A stretch of 64,000 bases of DNA from Methanobacteriota archaeon (GCA_027064425.1 JAMOPO010000003.1:32001-96000); one strand, 5' to 3'. Shown: positions 40,182 through 49,406, numbered from the stretch's first letter. The notes: generated by a model from the sequence alone, not told the origin. Made by a program: numbers and translations.

Positions 40182-41162
40182 ATGCGCGGACCGGCGCCCG
40201 CGCTCTGCCTACTTCTCCCGCTCCTGTTAGCGCCGGGAGCGTGCGCGAGCGTCGGCGGCCTGGTTCCCGGGCACTATCACCTGGACCACGCCTACGACGC
40301 GTTCAACGGCCCATTGGGTGGGGACGTGGACGGCGACGGAAGGCTCGATGTGGTCTGGTGCGGGGAGGCGTGCGCGATAGATCTCTACAACCTGGGCGTG
40401 GCCGTGGGCTGGTGGTCCGGGGAGCCCGTGACCCCGCTCCAGTACGAGAGGCGCTCCGCCAGGGTGGAGCTGGAGGACGATAGCGCGGGCCTCCTGGAAG
40501 CGTTCCGGAGCCTCTCCGAGGACGCCCTGTCCAAGGTGTTCGACGTCAAGATCGTGGCGCTCCTGGGCGCTCCCCCGGACTACCACGCGGTGCTGGTCCT
40601 GGGAGCCGTCGAGCGGCGAGGAGAGAAGTACCTGGTGATCGACGACGAGTCGACGCGGGAGGTCGGGCGGCTGCTCGTGGTTCCACTCCGAGCCTTCGTG
40701 GAGAACCTGTGTCCGACCCTGCTCGAGTTCTTCGGGCCGGTCGCGGCGGTGAGCGAGCTATACTCCGTGGTGTCGCCCGCGATCAACCCGCTGACCTACG
40801 TGGCCGCCTCCAGGTCCGGGAGGCGGCTGACCGTGGTGACGTTAACCGGGCTCCCGAGCGACGTCCTCTGGGCCTTCGCGCGCAAGCTGTGGGAGGTGGC
40901 CCTCCGCGGTTACCCGGTGGCGGTGGCCGTCCGGCGGCCCTTCTTCTCCCTCCTGGACCGCTCCGGGATCGAGGTGATCGATTCCCGGCGCGGGCTGGAC
41001 GGGGGTAGGGTAACGCGCTCCGTGCCGAGGGTGGACCCTGGGGCCGGGCCCGCCGCCCCGCCGGGCATCCCGATACCCTTTACGAGTACCGTCGTGGGAG
41101 GGCTGGGCCTGCTGATCCTGCTGCTCGCCTACCTGGGCCTGGCGGCGCTGCCGCTGCCTTAG
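40182..41162 (+). CDS. Secreted membrane-anchored protein
   Basis: Signal peptide, DVDGDG Ca-binding-like loop, C-terminal GIPIP followed by a TM helix. Confidence 0.7.
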   Translation: MRGPAPALCLLLPLLLAPGACASVGGLVPGHYHLDHAYDAFNGPLGGDVDGDGRLDVVWCGEACAIDLYNLGVAVGWWSGEPVTPLQYERRSARVELEDDSAGLLEAFRSLSEDALSKVFDVKIVALLGAPPDYHAVLVLGAVERRGEKYLVIDDESTREVGRLLVVPLRAFVENLCPTLLEFFGPVAAVSELYSVVSPAINPLTYVAASRSGRRLTVVTLTGLPSDVLWAFARKLWEVALRGYPVAVAVRRPFFSLLDRSGIEVIDSRRGLDGGRVTRSVPRVDPGAGPAAPPGIPIPFTSTVVGGLGLLILLLAYLGLAALPLP

Positions 41163-43891
41163 GACTCCCAGAATCTCCGCGTCCTCAGGTACTTGAGGCG
41201 CTCCTTCAGCAGCTCCCGGTAGAACTCCGGCTCCCGGCCGTCCGTGCGGGAGAGCACTCGAGCGGCCGTCTTGGGCCCGATCCCGGGCACGGCCAGCGCC
41301 TCCAGCGCCTTCTCGCCGTACGACTCGATCAGGTCGGCGACCTGGCGCCACTTGTCGCCGTCCAGCAGCTCCTTGAGCTTCTCCTTCGACTTGGCCGCGG
41401 CCAGGTAGCTGGCCCCGCACTCCGGGCACTCGATGCCGTCCTTTGCGACCCTCTCCACGCTTCTACGCCCCTTCCATCCGCAGTTCGGACAGCCGAGCCA
41501 CAGCTTGCGCCGGCGCAGGTCCCGCTTGAGCGTCTCGACCTGGGCCGCCAGCAGCCCGGAGGTGACCCGGCCGACCTCGCCCAGTCCCTCCAGCGCGTGC
41601 TCGGCGAACGGCGATGGGCTCCTCGACTCCACCACCACGGCTCGGTCGCGCAGCTCCCTCGCGAGCTCGTAGGCCCTCGACACGTCGAGCTCCCGCTCGA
41701 CCTCGCTCACGGTCTCGTAGTACGGCGGCGTCCCCTTGAAGGCCTTGAGCAGCCGGCGCGGGGAGACGTCCCGGTAGTCGGCGTCGGGCTCGATCGCTCC
41801 GAACCTCTTCAGGACGTGGACGAGCCGGCGCTTGAACACCTCCGACTTCTCGACGATCCTCAGGGTCAGTGCCCGGAAGTCGCTCTCCGAGTCGGGCAGG
41901 TTCTCCAGGCACTCTCGCAGGAGCTCGGCGCTGAGCCCCGCGGCCTTATCCGCCGAGATGACGATCTTGTACGGGGTCGAGTAGGTCCGCACGGCCGAGC
42001 CCGTCCGTCCTGACAGCAGGGCGCCGAGCACCTTCTCCAGCGTCTTGTTCGCCCTCGTCCCGCCGTAGACGTGGATCACGATCGTCCCACCGAGGTCCTC
42101 GATCACGGGCCGGCCGGGCAGCGGGACCTTCGAGACCTCCCGCTGCCGCTGCACGAGCTCCGCCACGACCTTAGCCTCCCGTCGATCGAGGCCGAAGACC
42201 TCCGCCGCCGTCTCGACCGCCTCCGTGAACCCGTCCTCGAGGCTCTCCGCCACGGCCCGGATCTTCTCGCCGACCTCCCGGGCGACCTCGTAAGGCACCG
42301 GGATCTCCTCGCCGACCCAGGACGGGATCGCGCCCTCCACGGCCTCCGCGGGCGTGACGACGACCTCGTACCGGTCGTGGTCCACGTCCTGCACGATCCA
42401 GGGCCGGCCCGCGCAGATGAACTTGACACCGGGCTTGAGGTACTCCAGCACGAACGGCTCGTCCAGAACGCTCACGTGCCCGTCGTTCTCCGTTACCACG
42501 CGGTAGTGCCGCTCGTCCGGGATCATGCTGAGGTTCGAGTAGTAGTACTTCCAGGCGTCCCGCGTCCGGTACACGCGGTCCCCGCGCAGCCGTATCACCT
42601 CGATCTCGTCGAGGAACTCGGCCACCTCCCGGAGCGTGTCCTCGTCCAGGTGCCGGTACGGGTAGGCCCGCCGGAAGACCTTGAGTGCGTAGTCGAGCGT
42701 CACCTCGTGCCCGTCCAGGCAGAGTCCTACGAGCTGGTGCGCCAGCACGTCGAGGCAGCGCTCCGGGATCTCCGTGGGCTCCAGCTCGCCCGCGGTCGCG
42801 CGCCGACAGATCACGGCAGCCTCCATCAGGTCGTCCGGGTTGCTCGTGATCACGAGCCCCTCCGCCCGCTTACGCCGCCGGCCCGCGCGCCCCACCCGCT
42901 GCACGAGGCGCGTAGCCTGGCGGGGCGAGCCGTACTGGATCACGAGGTCCACGTGGCCGATGTCGATACCCAGCTCCAGCGAGCTCGTGCACACGAGGAC
43001 GTCCAGCTCACCGTCCTTGAACCGCTTCTCCACCTCGGTCCGCCGGTCCCGCGAGATCGAGCTGTGGTGGATCTCCACCTCGATGTCATCGAACTCCGTC
43101 TTCAGCCGGGTGGCCAGCAGCTCGGCCATCTGCCGGGTGTTCGTGAAGACGAGCACGGACTCCCGCTCCTGCGCCAGCTCGTGGATCAGCTCCAACCGCT
43201 CCTTGACCTCGTGCGGACCGGTCGGATGCGCCACGGACACGTCCAGGTACCGCTCGGCCTCCACCTCCAGGACCTCGACGTCCCGGTCGCCCACCAGGAA
43301 GCGGCCCACGCGCTCCGGTGAGCCGACGGCCGCCGAGAGACCGATACGCTGGAAGTCACCCGCGATCTCGGCGAGGCGCTCCAGCCCGAGCGTCAGCTGA
43401 ACGCCGCGCTTGTCCAGGGCGAGCTCGTTCACCTCGTCCACGATCACGTGCCGCACGTGCGAGAGGTGCTCCTGCATGCGCTTGCCGGGCAGGATGGCCT
43501 GGAGGGTCTCCGGGGTCGTGATGAGCACGTCCGGCGGCTCCTCAGCCTGGCGCCGCCGCTCGCTCTCGGGCGTGTCGCCGTGGCGGACCGCGACCTCCAG
43601 CCCCAGCTTCTCACCCCACCACTTGATGCGGCGGAGGATGTCCCGGTTCAGGGCCCGGAGCGGGGTGATGTACAGCGCCTTGATCCCCGGCTCGTCCAGC
43701 TCCCGGACCATCGAGAACACCGGAAGTATCGCCGTCTCCGTTTTCCCGGAGCTGGTGGGGGCGATCACCAGCACGTTCTTCCCTTTCATTATCTCGGGGA
43801 TCGCGACCCGCTGCGGGGGCGTGGGCTCCTCAAACCTTGAGTACACGACCTCCTGAACGTCCTCCGGGAGCGCCTCGAATCCCTCCGCCAC
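41159..43891 (-). CDS. lhr: Lhr-family SF2 helicase
   Basis: PTSSGKT, TTPET, IVDE, LELGIDIG, QRVGRAG, IPSWVGE, Zn finger, HhH. Confidence 0.95.
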   Translation of the reverse strand: MAEGFEALPEDVQEVVYSRFEEPTPPQRVAIPEIMKGKNVLVIAPTSSGKTETAILPVFSMVRELDEPGIKALYITPLRALNRDILRRIKWWGEKLGLEVAVRHGDTPESERRRQAEEPPDVLITTPETLQAILPGKRMQEHLSHVRHVIVDEVNELALDKRGVQLTLGLERLAEIAGDFQRIGLSAAVGSPERVGRFLVGDRDVEVLEVEAERYLDVSVAHPTGPHEVKERLELIHELAQERESVLVFTNTRQMAELLATRLKTEFDDIEVEIHHSSISRDRRTEVEKRFKDGELDVLVCTSSLELGIDIGHVDLVIQYGSPRQATRLVQRVGRAGRRRKRAEGLVITSNPDDLMEAAVICRRATAGELEPTEIPERCLDVLAHQLVGLCLDGHEVTLDYALKVFRRAYPYRHLDEDTLREVAEFLDEIEVIRLRGDRVYRTRDAWKYYYSNLSMIPDERHYRVVTENDGHVSVLDEPFVLEYLKPGVKFICAGRPWIVQDVDHDRYEVVVTPAEAVEGAIPSWVGEEIPVPYEVAREVGEKIRAVAESLEDGFTEAVETAAEVFGLDRREAKVVAELVQRQREVSKVPLPGRPVIEDLGGTIVIHVYGGTRANKTLEKVLGALLSGRTGSAVRTYSTPYKIVISADKAAGLSAELLRECLENLPDSESDFRALTLRIVEKSEVFKRRLVHVLKRFGAIEPDADYRDVSPRRLLKAFKGTPPYYETVSEVERELDVSRAYELARELRDRAVVVESRSPSPFAEHALEGLGEVGRVTSGLLAAQVETLKRDLRRRKLWLGCPNCGWKGRRSVERVAKDGIECPECGASYLAAAKSKEKLKELLDGDKWRQVADLIESYGEKALEALAVPGIGPKTAARVLSRTDGREPEFYRELLKERLKYLRTRRFWES

Positions 43892-43937
43892 TTCCCCACC
43901 ACCCCCATCAAACCGTTCCAGCGCCGGGGCCCGGGCG

Positions 43938-45380
43938 TTGAGGTTCAGCGCCGCCCTGATCTACCCGGCCAAGCCGGAGGACATGAACCTGGGTACCGAC
44001 GACCTGTACCGGGCCGCGCGCCGGGCCCTCGAGCGGGTGACGGCGGGCGAAGCCGACCCCGGGGAGTTCCTCTCGGAGCGCCCGGACGTGGTCCTTGATT
44101 TCATCGTCAGGGAAGAAGGGCACTCAGAGGACGAGGTCTTGTTCATTCCGTTGGGTTACCGACGCATCGGGCACGAGCGCGGGTACCACCCGAAGGACAC
44201 GGAGTACTGCGCCCGACTTCTGGCCGAGTACGTCCGTCAGGTGTGGGGGTTCCGCGTGGAGGACCCAATCATCGTCCAGGGAGATCCCAACGACTTCAGC
44301 GTCTTCCGCGACGTGGAGTCGGTGCTCAAAAACCTTAGCGAGCGATCCGAGCTGAGGGGGAGCGAGGTCTACGCGGTGCTCGACACGGACACCTACCTGG
44401 AGTGGGCCGTGAGGCTCATCGGCGCCTCACTCTGGCGGGAGTTCCACGCGGTGCGCGTCGAGGGGGAGGAGATCAAGACGGAGCCGTCCCCGCTGATCTT
44501 GCCGGCCAAGATCATGAAGGACGTCCTCACTGAGCACGGCCTCTTCGAGGTCGCCGCCAACATCGCCGAGCAGTTCTCCGCGTACGACGACTCGGCCGAG
44601 CCCGACTACCTCCGGGCCCGGGACTGCGAGCTCAACTTTAACTACGACGAGGCCCTCGAGAAGTACCGCCGCGTCGTCCGATCGGCCCGGCTGGAGCGGC
44701 TCAGGCACGACGCCAGGCGCCGGCTCCGGAGGCTGGAGCGCACCCGCGACGACCCGCTGGCCCGCATCACCCATCACATGCAGGTCATCCTCGAGAGCGC
44801 CCGTTACCAGTGGATTCGAGGCGAGTACGGCGACTTCATCCTCCGGATGACCATGTTCCACGAGAACTACGCCCAGGCCGCCTACGCGGTGCTGCACCGA
44901 ACGCTCGCCGACGGGCCGGTCGAGGACACCGACCCCGAGCACCTGGCGCGGCTGATGGCCGACCTGCTCGAGAGCGACGAGGAGCTCCGGGACGAGGTCC
45001 TCCGGGGCCTCCACGACGGGGATTCAGAGTCGGTCCTCCGAGAGCTGCGCGGGGAGGAGGGTAGGGGCAGAGCCGTGCTCACGTTCCTCCTGCTGGTTCC
45101 CAAGGTGGTGTCCGCCGCGATTCGGCTCCGGAGAGTAAAGGAGGACGTCTTCGGACCGATCATGGACAGGCTCAAGGCGCTCTCCTGCTCAAAGCTCAGG
45201 GAGCTGAGGCACGCCTTCGTCCACCAGGGACGCGGGGTCTCGCGCCGAGACGTCGACCGGATCATTAAGGAGATGTCCAGGAGCACCCGGCGGGAGCTTC
45301 GGAGCGTCGGTGACCTGCTGGAGTACCTTAGGGAGGGGATCGACGCCATCGAGCGGGCGGTGCGGGAGGGGGAGGAATGA
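43938..45380 (+). CDS. Putative CARF-HEPN (Csm6/Csx1-like) nuclease
   Basis: N-terminal KDT...RLL / GDPNDF CARF-like segment, helical middle, C-terminal R-x4-H (LRHAFVHQGRGVS). Confidence 0.6.
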   Translation: MRFSAALIYPAKPEDMNLGTDDLYRAARRALERVTAGEADPGEFLSERPDVVLDFIVREEGHSEDEVLFIPLGYRRIGHERGYHPKDTEYCARLLAEYVRQVWGFRVEDPIIVQGDPNDFSVFRDVESVLKNLSERSELRGSEVYAVLDTDTYLEWAVRLIGASLWREFHAVRVEGEEIKTEPSPLILPAKIMKDVLTEHGLFEVAANIAEQFSAYDDSAEPDYLRARDCELNFNYDEALEKYRRVVRSARLERLRHDARRRLRRLERTRDDPLARITHHMQVILESARYQWIRGEYGDFILRMTMFHENYAQAAYAVLHRTLADGPVEDTDPEHLARLMADLLESDEELRDEVLRGLHDGDSESVLRELRGEEGRGRAVLTFLLLVPKVVSAAIRLRRVKEDVFGPIMDRLKALSCSKLRELRHAFVHQGRGVSRRDVDRIIKEMSRSTRRELRSVGDLLEYLREGIDAIERAVREGEE

Positions 45381-46219
45381 CGTCTCGGTCCCTCGAGGTC
45401 GTGTTCCTGGGGACCGGGGGCGCGGTCGCCTCCCGCGACCGTAACCACCCCGGGATACTGGTCAAGCACGGAGGGACTAAGCTTCTGATCGACTGCGGTG
45501 AGAACGTGCAGCGCCAGGCGCTCCGGTACGGGGAGTCCCTTCACGACCTGGACGCCGTGCTGGTAACGCACCACCACACGGATCACGTGGCGGGGATCCC
45601 GCCGCTCGTCACCACCCTGGACATGCTGCACGACCGGAGGGTGCGTGTCCACGGGCCACCGACGGAGGGAGACGAGGCCGTGGACGTGACCGAGCTGGAT
45701 CAGGTGGAGTACAGGGAGGTTGAGCCGGGCGACGAGCTGAGGATCGGCGACCTCACCGTGCGCGTGTACGAGTCCGAGCACGCGGTTCCAACCGTCAGCT
45801 ACCGCATCGAGACGCCCAAGATCCCGGGAAAGGCCGACCCGGAGCTGATCAAGGAGGTGCCGCCGGAGGAGCGCCGCAGGGTTCTGCTGGAGGGAGAGCA
45901 CCCCTACGTGATCACCCGGCCGGGCAAGATCGCGGTCTACGTCACCGGCGACGGTAGGCCCGCGGACCCGGAGAACGTGCGCGGTTGCCAGCTGCTGATC
46001 CATGAGTCCTGCTTCGCTGACGAGGAGGACGCTCGCCGGTACTCGCACTCCACGCCTCGAGAGGCGGCTGAGGTGGCCCGGGAGGCCGGCGTGGAGCTGC
46101 TCGTGCTCACGCACCTGTCCCCAAAGGTGGAGGAGGAAGAGGCGCTTCGGCAGGCTCGGGAGGTCTTCCCGAACACGCTCGTGGCCGGCGAAGGGATGAG
46201 GGTGAGGGTGCGGAGGTAG
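45377..46219 (+). CDS. rnz: Ribonuclease Z
   Basis: FLGTGG, LIDCGE, THHHTDH, HES, HST, LTHLSP. Confidence 0.9.
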   Translation: MTSRSLEVVFLGTGGAVASRDRNHPGILVKHGGTKLLIDCGENVQRQALRYGESLHDLDAVLVTHHHTDHVAGIPPLVTTLDMLHDRRVRVHGPPTEGDEAVDVTELDQVEYREVEPGDELRIGDLTVRVYESEHAVPTVSYRIETPKIPGKADPELIKEVPPEERRRVLLEGEHPYVITRPGKIAVYVTGDGRPADPENVRGCQLLIHESCFADEEDARRYSHSTPREAAEVAREAGVELLVLTHLSPKVEEEEALRQAREVFPNTLVAGEGMRVRVRR

Positions 46220-46280
46220 CCGTCGGCTACGGCCACACTCCGCATCACTGCTCGGGGTCCCGGCTGTCTCCTCATCCGGT
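46219..46280 (-). ncRNA. Box C/D guide sRNA
   Basis: C ATGAGGA, guide GACAGCCGGGACC, D' CCGA, C' GTGATGC, guide GGAGTGTGGCCGTAG, D CCGA; CCG/CGG terminal stem. Confidence 0.82.
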
Positions 46281-47234
46281 CTACCCGACCAGTCCCCGGT
46301 CCGTCAGCTTCACTTTTACCTCAAACGGTGGCTTGTCGGGCGCGTCCTCGAGCGCGATCACTCGCTCCGTCCGGCCCTTGAACTCGATGCTGAACCGGTA
46401 GGTGGCGATGTGCTTCAGCACGGTGGGTGCCACGTCCTGCCACCGCTTACCGAACGCGTCCGGGTTCGCCTGCACGTGCGTCGTCACCAGGCCCAGCGCG
46501 TTGTTCCGGGTGCAGTACTTCAGCAGCGAGTTCAGGATCCTGGCCACCATCCTCGAGCGCTCCGGCAGCTTGTCGCGGGCTCCGTAGGGCCGGAACGGCT
46601 GCGAGATTGAATCGATCACGACGACCTTCGGGGACAGCTCCAGCGCCTCGCTGACGAACTCGCCCTCCTCTTCGTCGAAGTACTGCGTCAGGGCCGCCGC
46701 CTCCACGATCTGGCGCAGCACGAACCGGTCACCGATCTTCTTCTTCACGTCGTCCTCGTCGAACCCTCCGATCTCGAGCAGCCGCTGCGGACTGAACGCG
46801 TTCTCGGTGTCGATGTACAGCACCGACTCGCCCTCCTTCAGCACCCGGGCCGCCACCTGCATCGCGAACTGAGACTTGCCCGCGCCCGGCGGCCCGTAGA
46901 TGCCCACGATCGTCTTGGTCGGCAGCCCACCACCCATCTGCTCGTCGAAGCTGTCGATGCCGGTCGGGATGACGTCCCGCTCCGCCTCCTCCTCCATCAG
47001 CTCCGCCAGCGTCTTTGGCTCCGCGATACCCTTGCTCGCCTCCTTCCTCGCGTCCCGGACGATGTTCTTCGCCGTCTTCTCGCTGATCCCGAACGCCTCG
47101 GCGATCTCGCTCGGCTGCGAGGCGGCCAGGTCGTTCAGCGTCTCGATGCCCAGCGTCTCGTAGATCTCCTCGATCTGATCCTCGCTACGCCTCAGGTAGC
47201 GCGAGGTGACCTTCACAACGTCCTCCTCGACCAT
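46281..47234 (-). CDS. radA: RadA-like recombinase (N-terminal HhH + RecA ATPase), divergent
   Basis: GPPGAGKSQ, YIDTENAF, VVIDSI, QANPDAF, LEDAP. Confidence 0.75.
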   Translation of the reverse strand: MVEEDVVKVTSRYLRRSEDQIEEIYETLGIETLNDLAASQPSEIAEAFGISEKTAKNIVRDARKEASKGIAEPKTLAELMEEEAERDVIPTGIDSFDEQMGGGLPTKTIVGIYGPPGAGKSQFAMQVAARVLKEGESVLYIDTENAFSPQRLLEIGGFDEDDVKKKIGDRFVLRQIVEAAALTQYFDEEEGEFVSEALELSPKVVVIDSISQPFRPYGARDKLPERSRMVARILNSLLKYCTRNNALGLVTTHVQANPDAFGKRWQDVAPTVLKHIATYRFSIEFKGRTERVIALEDAPDKPPFEVKVKLTDRGLVG

Positions 47235-47314
47235 GACCCGTCACCCCCGCCCGGGGGCTTTTCCCGGAGATATTAAGCTTACCTCCGGTTGCGCCGGGGG
47301 CTGATATCAGCATC

Positions 47315-47330
47315 AGAAAGGTAAAAAACT
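47315..47330 (+). promoter_or_regulatory. BRE/TATA-like element ahead of the long structured region
   Basis: AGAAAGGTAAAAAACT; reads as hairpin + T6 on the minus strand. Confidence 0.5.
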
Positions 47331-47340
47331 ATGAATAGAG

Positions 47341-47812
47341 CGACCCAGTCAATGACGCGTGCGCCCACCTGACGGCCAACGCTCGCGTCAGGCGAGTCTT
47401 CCCCGCACACGCCTCGCCCCGAACCGCGAACCTCCGGCCGGCCAGCGTCCGCCACGTAGCCGCAGCGCGGTTTCCACGGCTTCGGAGGGGGACACCGGCG
47501 GGCCGGCCACCAGTACGGGCGGGAGCGCGCCCCGTGGCGCGGATCGGCGCCGACACGCTCTGAAGTCGTGCCACTAGTGCGAGGCCGGCAGGCTTTCGGG
47601 TGGCACTCGACCAGGGACCGCTCCCCGAGCCCCTCTCGTCAAGGCAACACGCACGCTGGTGTGGGTCGTGTGGCCGGGCAGGTCTCGGCGACGTCAGTAC
47701 GCGCCACGATCACCCGCGCGGCTCCGCCCGCAGAAGTTCAAAAACGACGAAAGGCGGTCGTCCGGTGGGTGGCGTCCGGTCACGCCGGCGGCCGCGCACG
47801 CGCGTTGGTCGT
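47341..47812 (+). ncRNA. Candidate ~470-nt structured non-coding RNA of unknown class
   Basis: No credible ORF; nested helices 47356-64/47794-802, 47516-30/47716-30, 47533-41/47700-08, 47568-74/47600-06, 47368-74/47386-92. Confidence 0.55.
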
Positions 47813-47840
47813 CAAGGAGGGGAACGGCCCGCGCCCTTCC

Positions 47841-47904
47841 GCCGGGGATGAGGAACCTTTAGGCCACGGACGTGATGAAGACCGGTGCCGCTAGCCGACC
47901 CGGC
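47841..47904 (+). ncRNA. Box C/D guide sRNA (cluster member 1)
   Basis: GCCGGG/CCCGGC stem; C ATGAGGA 47848, D' CGGA, C' GTGATGA, D CCGA 47895. Confidence 0.85.
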
Positions 47905-47959
47905 GATGAGGAACCATTCGGGCCCTGATCGAGTGATGAGGGGCAGGCGTACCGAGCCC
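47902..47959 (+). ncRNA. Box C/D guide sRNA (cluster member 2)
   Basis: C ATGAGGA 47906, guide ACCATTCGGGCC, D' CTGA, C' GTGATGA, guide GGGGCAGGCGTA, D CCGA 47952. Confidence 0.88.
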
Positions 47960-48023
47960 TCAGTTGCAGCCGTGCCGGTCATCGGCGTCAGCCTCACCCA
48001 ATGGGACCTCCCTCCTCATCGGC
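47956..48023 (-). ncRNA. Box C/D guide sRNA (cluster member 3, convergent)
   Basis: C ATGAGGA (48019-13), guide GGGAGGTCCCATTGG, C' ATGACCG, guide GCACGGCTGCAA, D CTGA (47963-60). Confidence 0.75.
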
Positions 48024-48038
48024 GTGGGGCCACCCCAC

Positions 48039-49322
48039 ATGCCCGGGGCGAGAACCCGTCGCTTCCATCGGGACCTGTACCTGGTTGAACCGGAGGCCGA
48101 CACCCTACCCGTGTTCCCGGGCGCCCTCTACGTGGCCAGGCCGCCCAGGGAGGAGGGGATTCGAGAGCTCCCAGAGACGGAGGATGAGCGCGGGAACGCC
48201 GTCCGCCCGTTCGTAGCGCTCGTTGACGGGCCCGTCGATGACCAGGTGAACGTGGACGGTGAGACTCTGAGAGTGCACCCCGAGGCCGTGATTCACCAGG
48301 ACCCTGACCAGCCCCTGGTCCTGACCGGCGTCGAGCGGGAGGGCGAGTACCTGGTCACCGCGGGCCTCCCGCTGAGAGCCTACCTCATGGCCCGGGAGTA
48401 CGCTCGCTGCGGGGCTCCCAGCCCGCACGACCTGTTTGAGGCGTTTTCGGTCCTCTACGACCCGATCATGGCGGCCGCCCTCACCCTGAACGTCCGCGGC
48501 CACGTGATGCTGCTGGGTGACTCCGGGACCCGCGAGCACGCTCTGCTCTACACCACGCCCCCGGACGAGCCCGGACCCACCCACGTCCCCGCCCCGGAGT
48601 GCACGCCCCGGGACGCGTCCGGGGCCCCGATCCATGCCCTGGGCGATCGCCCACCGGAGCTCTCGCGCCGGGAGTACTCGGACCTGCTCTCCCGGCTGCA
48701 GGTGATCGGCGGGATCCCGGAGCCTCCGGAGGTCGACGAGCGGACGCTGAGGACCATCCACGAGAGGGTGCGAGGTTGGCTCGTGGTGGCCAGCTCCATG
48801 CACTACCTGCGAACGATGCGGGAGGCGGAGGAGGCGGGTCGGCTGGTCGCCGAGGTGCTCAAGGACCGGAAGCTGCGTCGGGACCTGGCTGACGCCCACA
48901 AGCGGGCCGTGAGGGCGCTGGGCGTCCGTTACCCCACCCCGGCTTACACGCCCGACGCCCGAGTCCGGTGGGCCCGGGAGCTGGCCGGCATGGGCGGAGG
49001 CCGGGTCGTGGTCAAGGTCCTGGACTTCGCGAAGCGGGTCGCGCGCTCGCGGCTGCTGCTTCGGCTCTGGTCGGTGGCGGAGTCAGTCGTGCACCTGGGT
49101 GGACCGGAGGCCTGCGTCGACCTGGTGGAGATGGCGTACAGCTACACCGAGCACGACCCGCCCTCCGAGTACCCCCGGATCCTGCTGGCGCCCTGGCTGC
49201 ACGCGCTGGGTGACCCGTTCTACCGCCGGCTGGAGCGGGAGACCGTCCCGCCACCGAAGCTGGAGCTAGTGAGCGAGCCCGACCCGGAGGACCTCCTGAC
49301 CGAGTACGACAAACTGTTGTAG
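48039..49322 (+). CDS. Hypothetical protein
   Basis: Long ORF; ATG at 48039 after GTGGGG, and the upstream extension overlaps the sRNA. Confidence 0.7.
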   Translation: MPGARTRRFHRDLYLVEPEADTLPVFPGALYVARPPREEGIRELPETEDERGNAVRPFVALVDGPVDDQVNVDGETLRVHPEAVIHQDPDQPLVLTGVEREGEYLVTAGLPLRAYLMAREYARCGAPSPHDLFEAFSVLYDPIMAAALTLNVRGHVMLLGDSGTREHALLYTTPPDEPGPTHVPAPECTPRDASGAPIHALGDRPPELSRREYSDLLSRLQVIGGIPEPPEVDERTLRTIHERVRGWLVVASSMHYLRTMREAEEAGRLVAEVLKDRKLRRDLADAHKRAVRALGVRYPTPAYTPDARVRWARELAGMGGGRVVVKVLDFAKRVARSRLLLRLWSVAESVVHLGGPEACVDLVEMAYSYTEHDPPSEYPRILLAPWLHALGDPFYRRLERETVPPPKLELVSEPDPEDLLTEYDKLL

Positions 49323-49393
49323 GGGCTCGGCGATGAGCCGCCCTGTCATCGGCCTCATCGGGCCTCCACAGCGCGGGACTTTCATCACGGCGC
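49323..49393 (-). ncRNA. Box C/D guide sRNA
   Basis: C GTGATGA (49388-82), guide AAGTCCCGCGCTG, degenerate D'/C', guide GGGCGGCTCATCG, D CCGA (49330-27). Confidence 0.7.
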
Positions 49394-49406
49394 GGGGTAC
49401 GCGGCG

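Noticed and set aside
47341-47812. RNase P RNA, SRP RNA or rRNA fragment
   Set aside because: No GAGGAAAGUCC/AACAGAA P4 motifs, no canonical SRP helix-8 CAGG..GGAA..AGCA and no rRNA signatures on either strand
47329-47894. Short ORFs of 61-108 aa in the radA upstream region
   Set aside because: Arg/Pro/Ala-rich, lacking the acidic composition and codon pattern of real genes here
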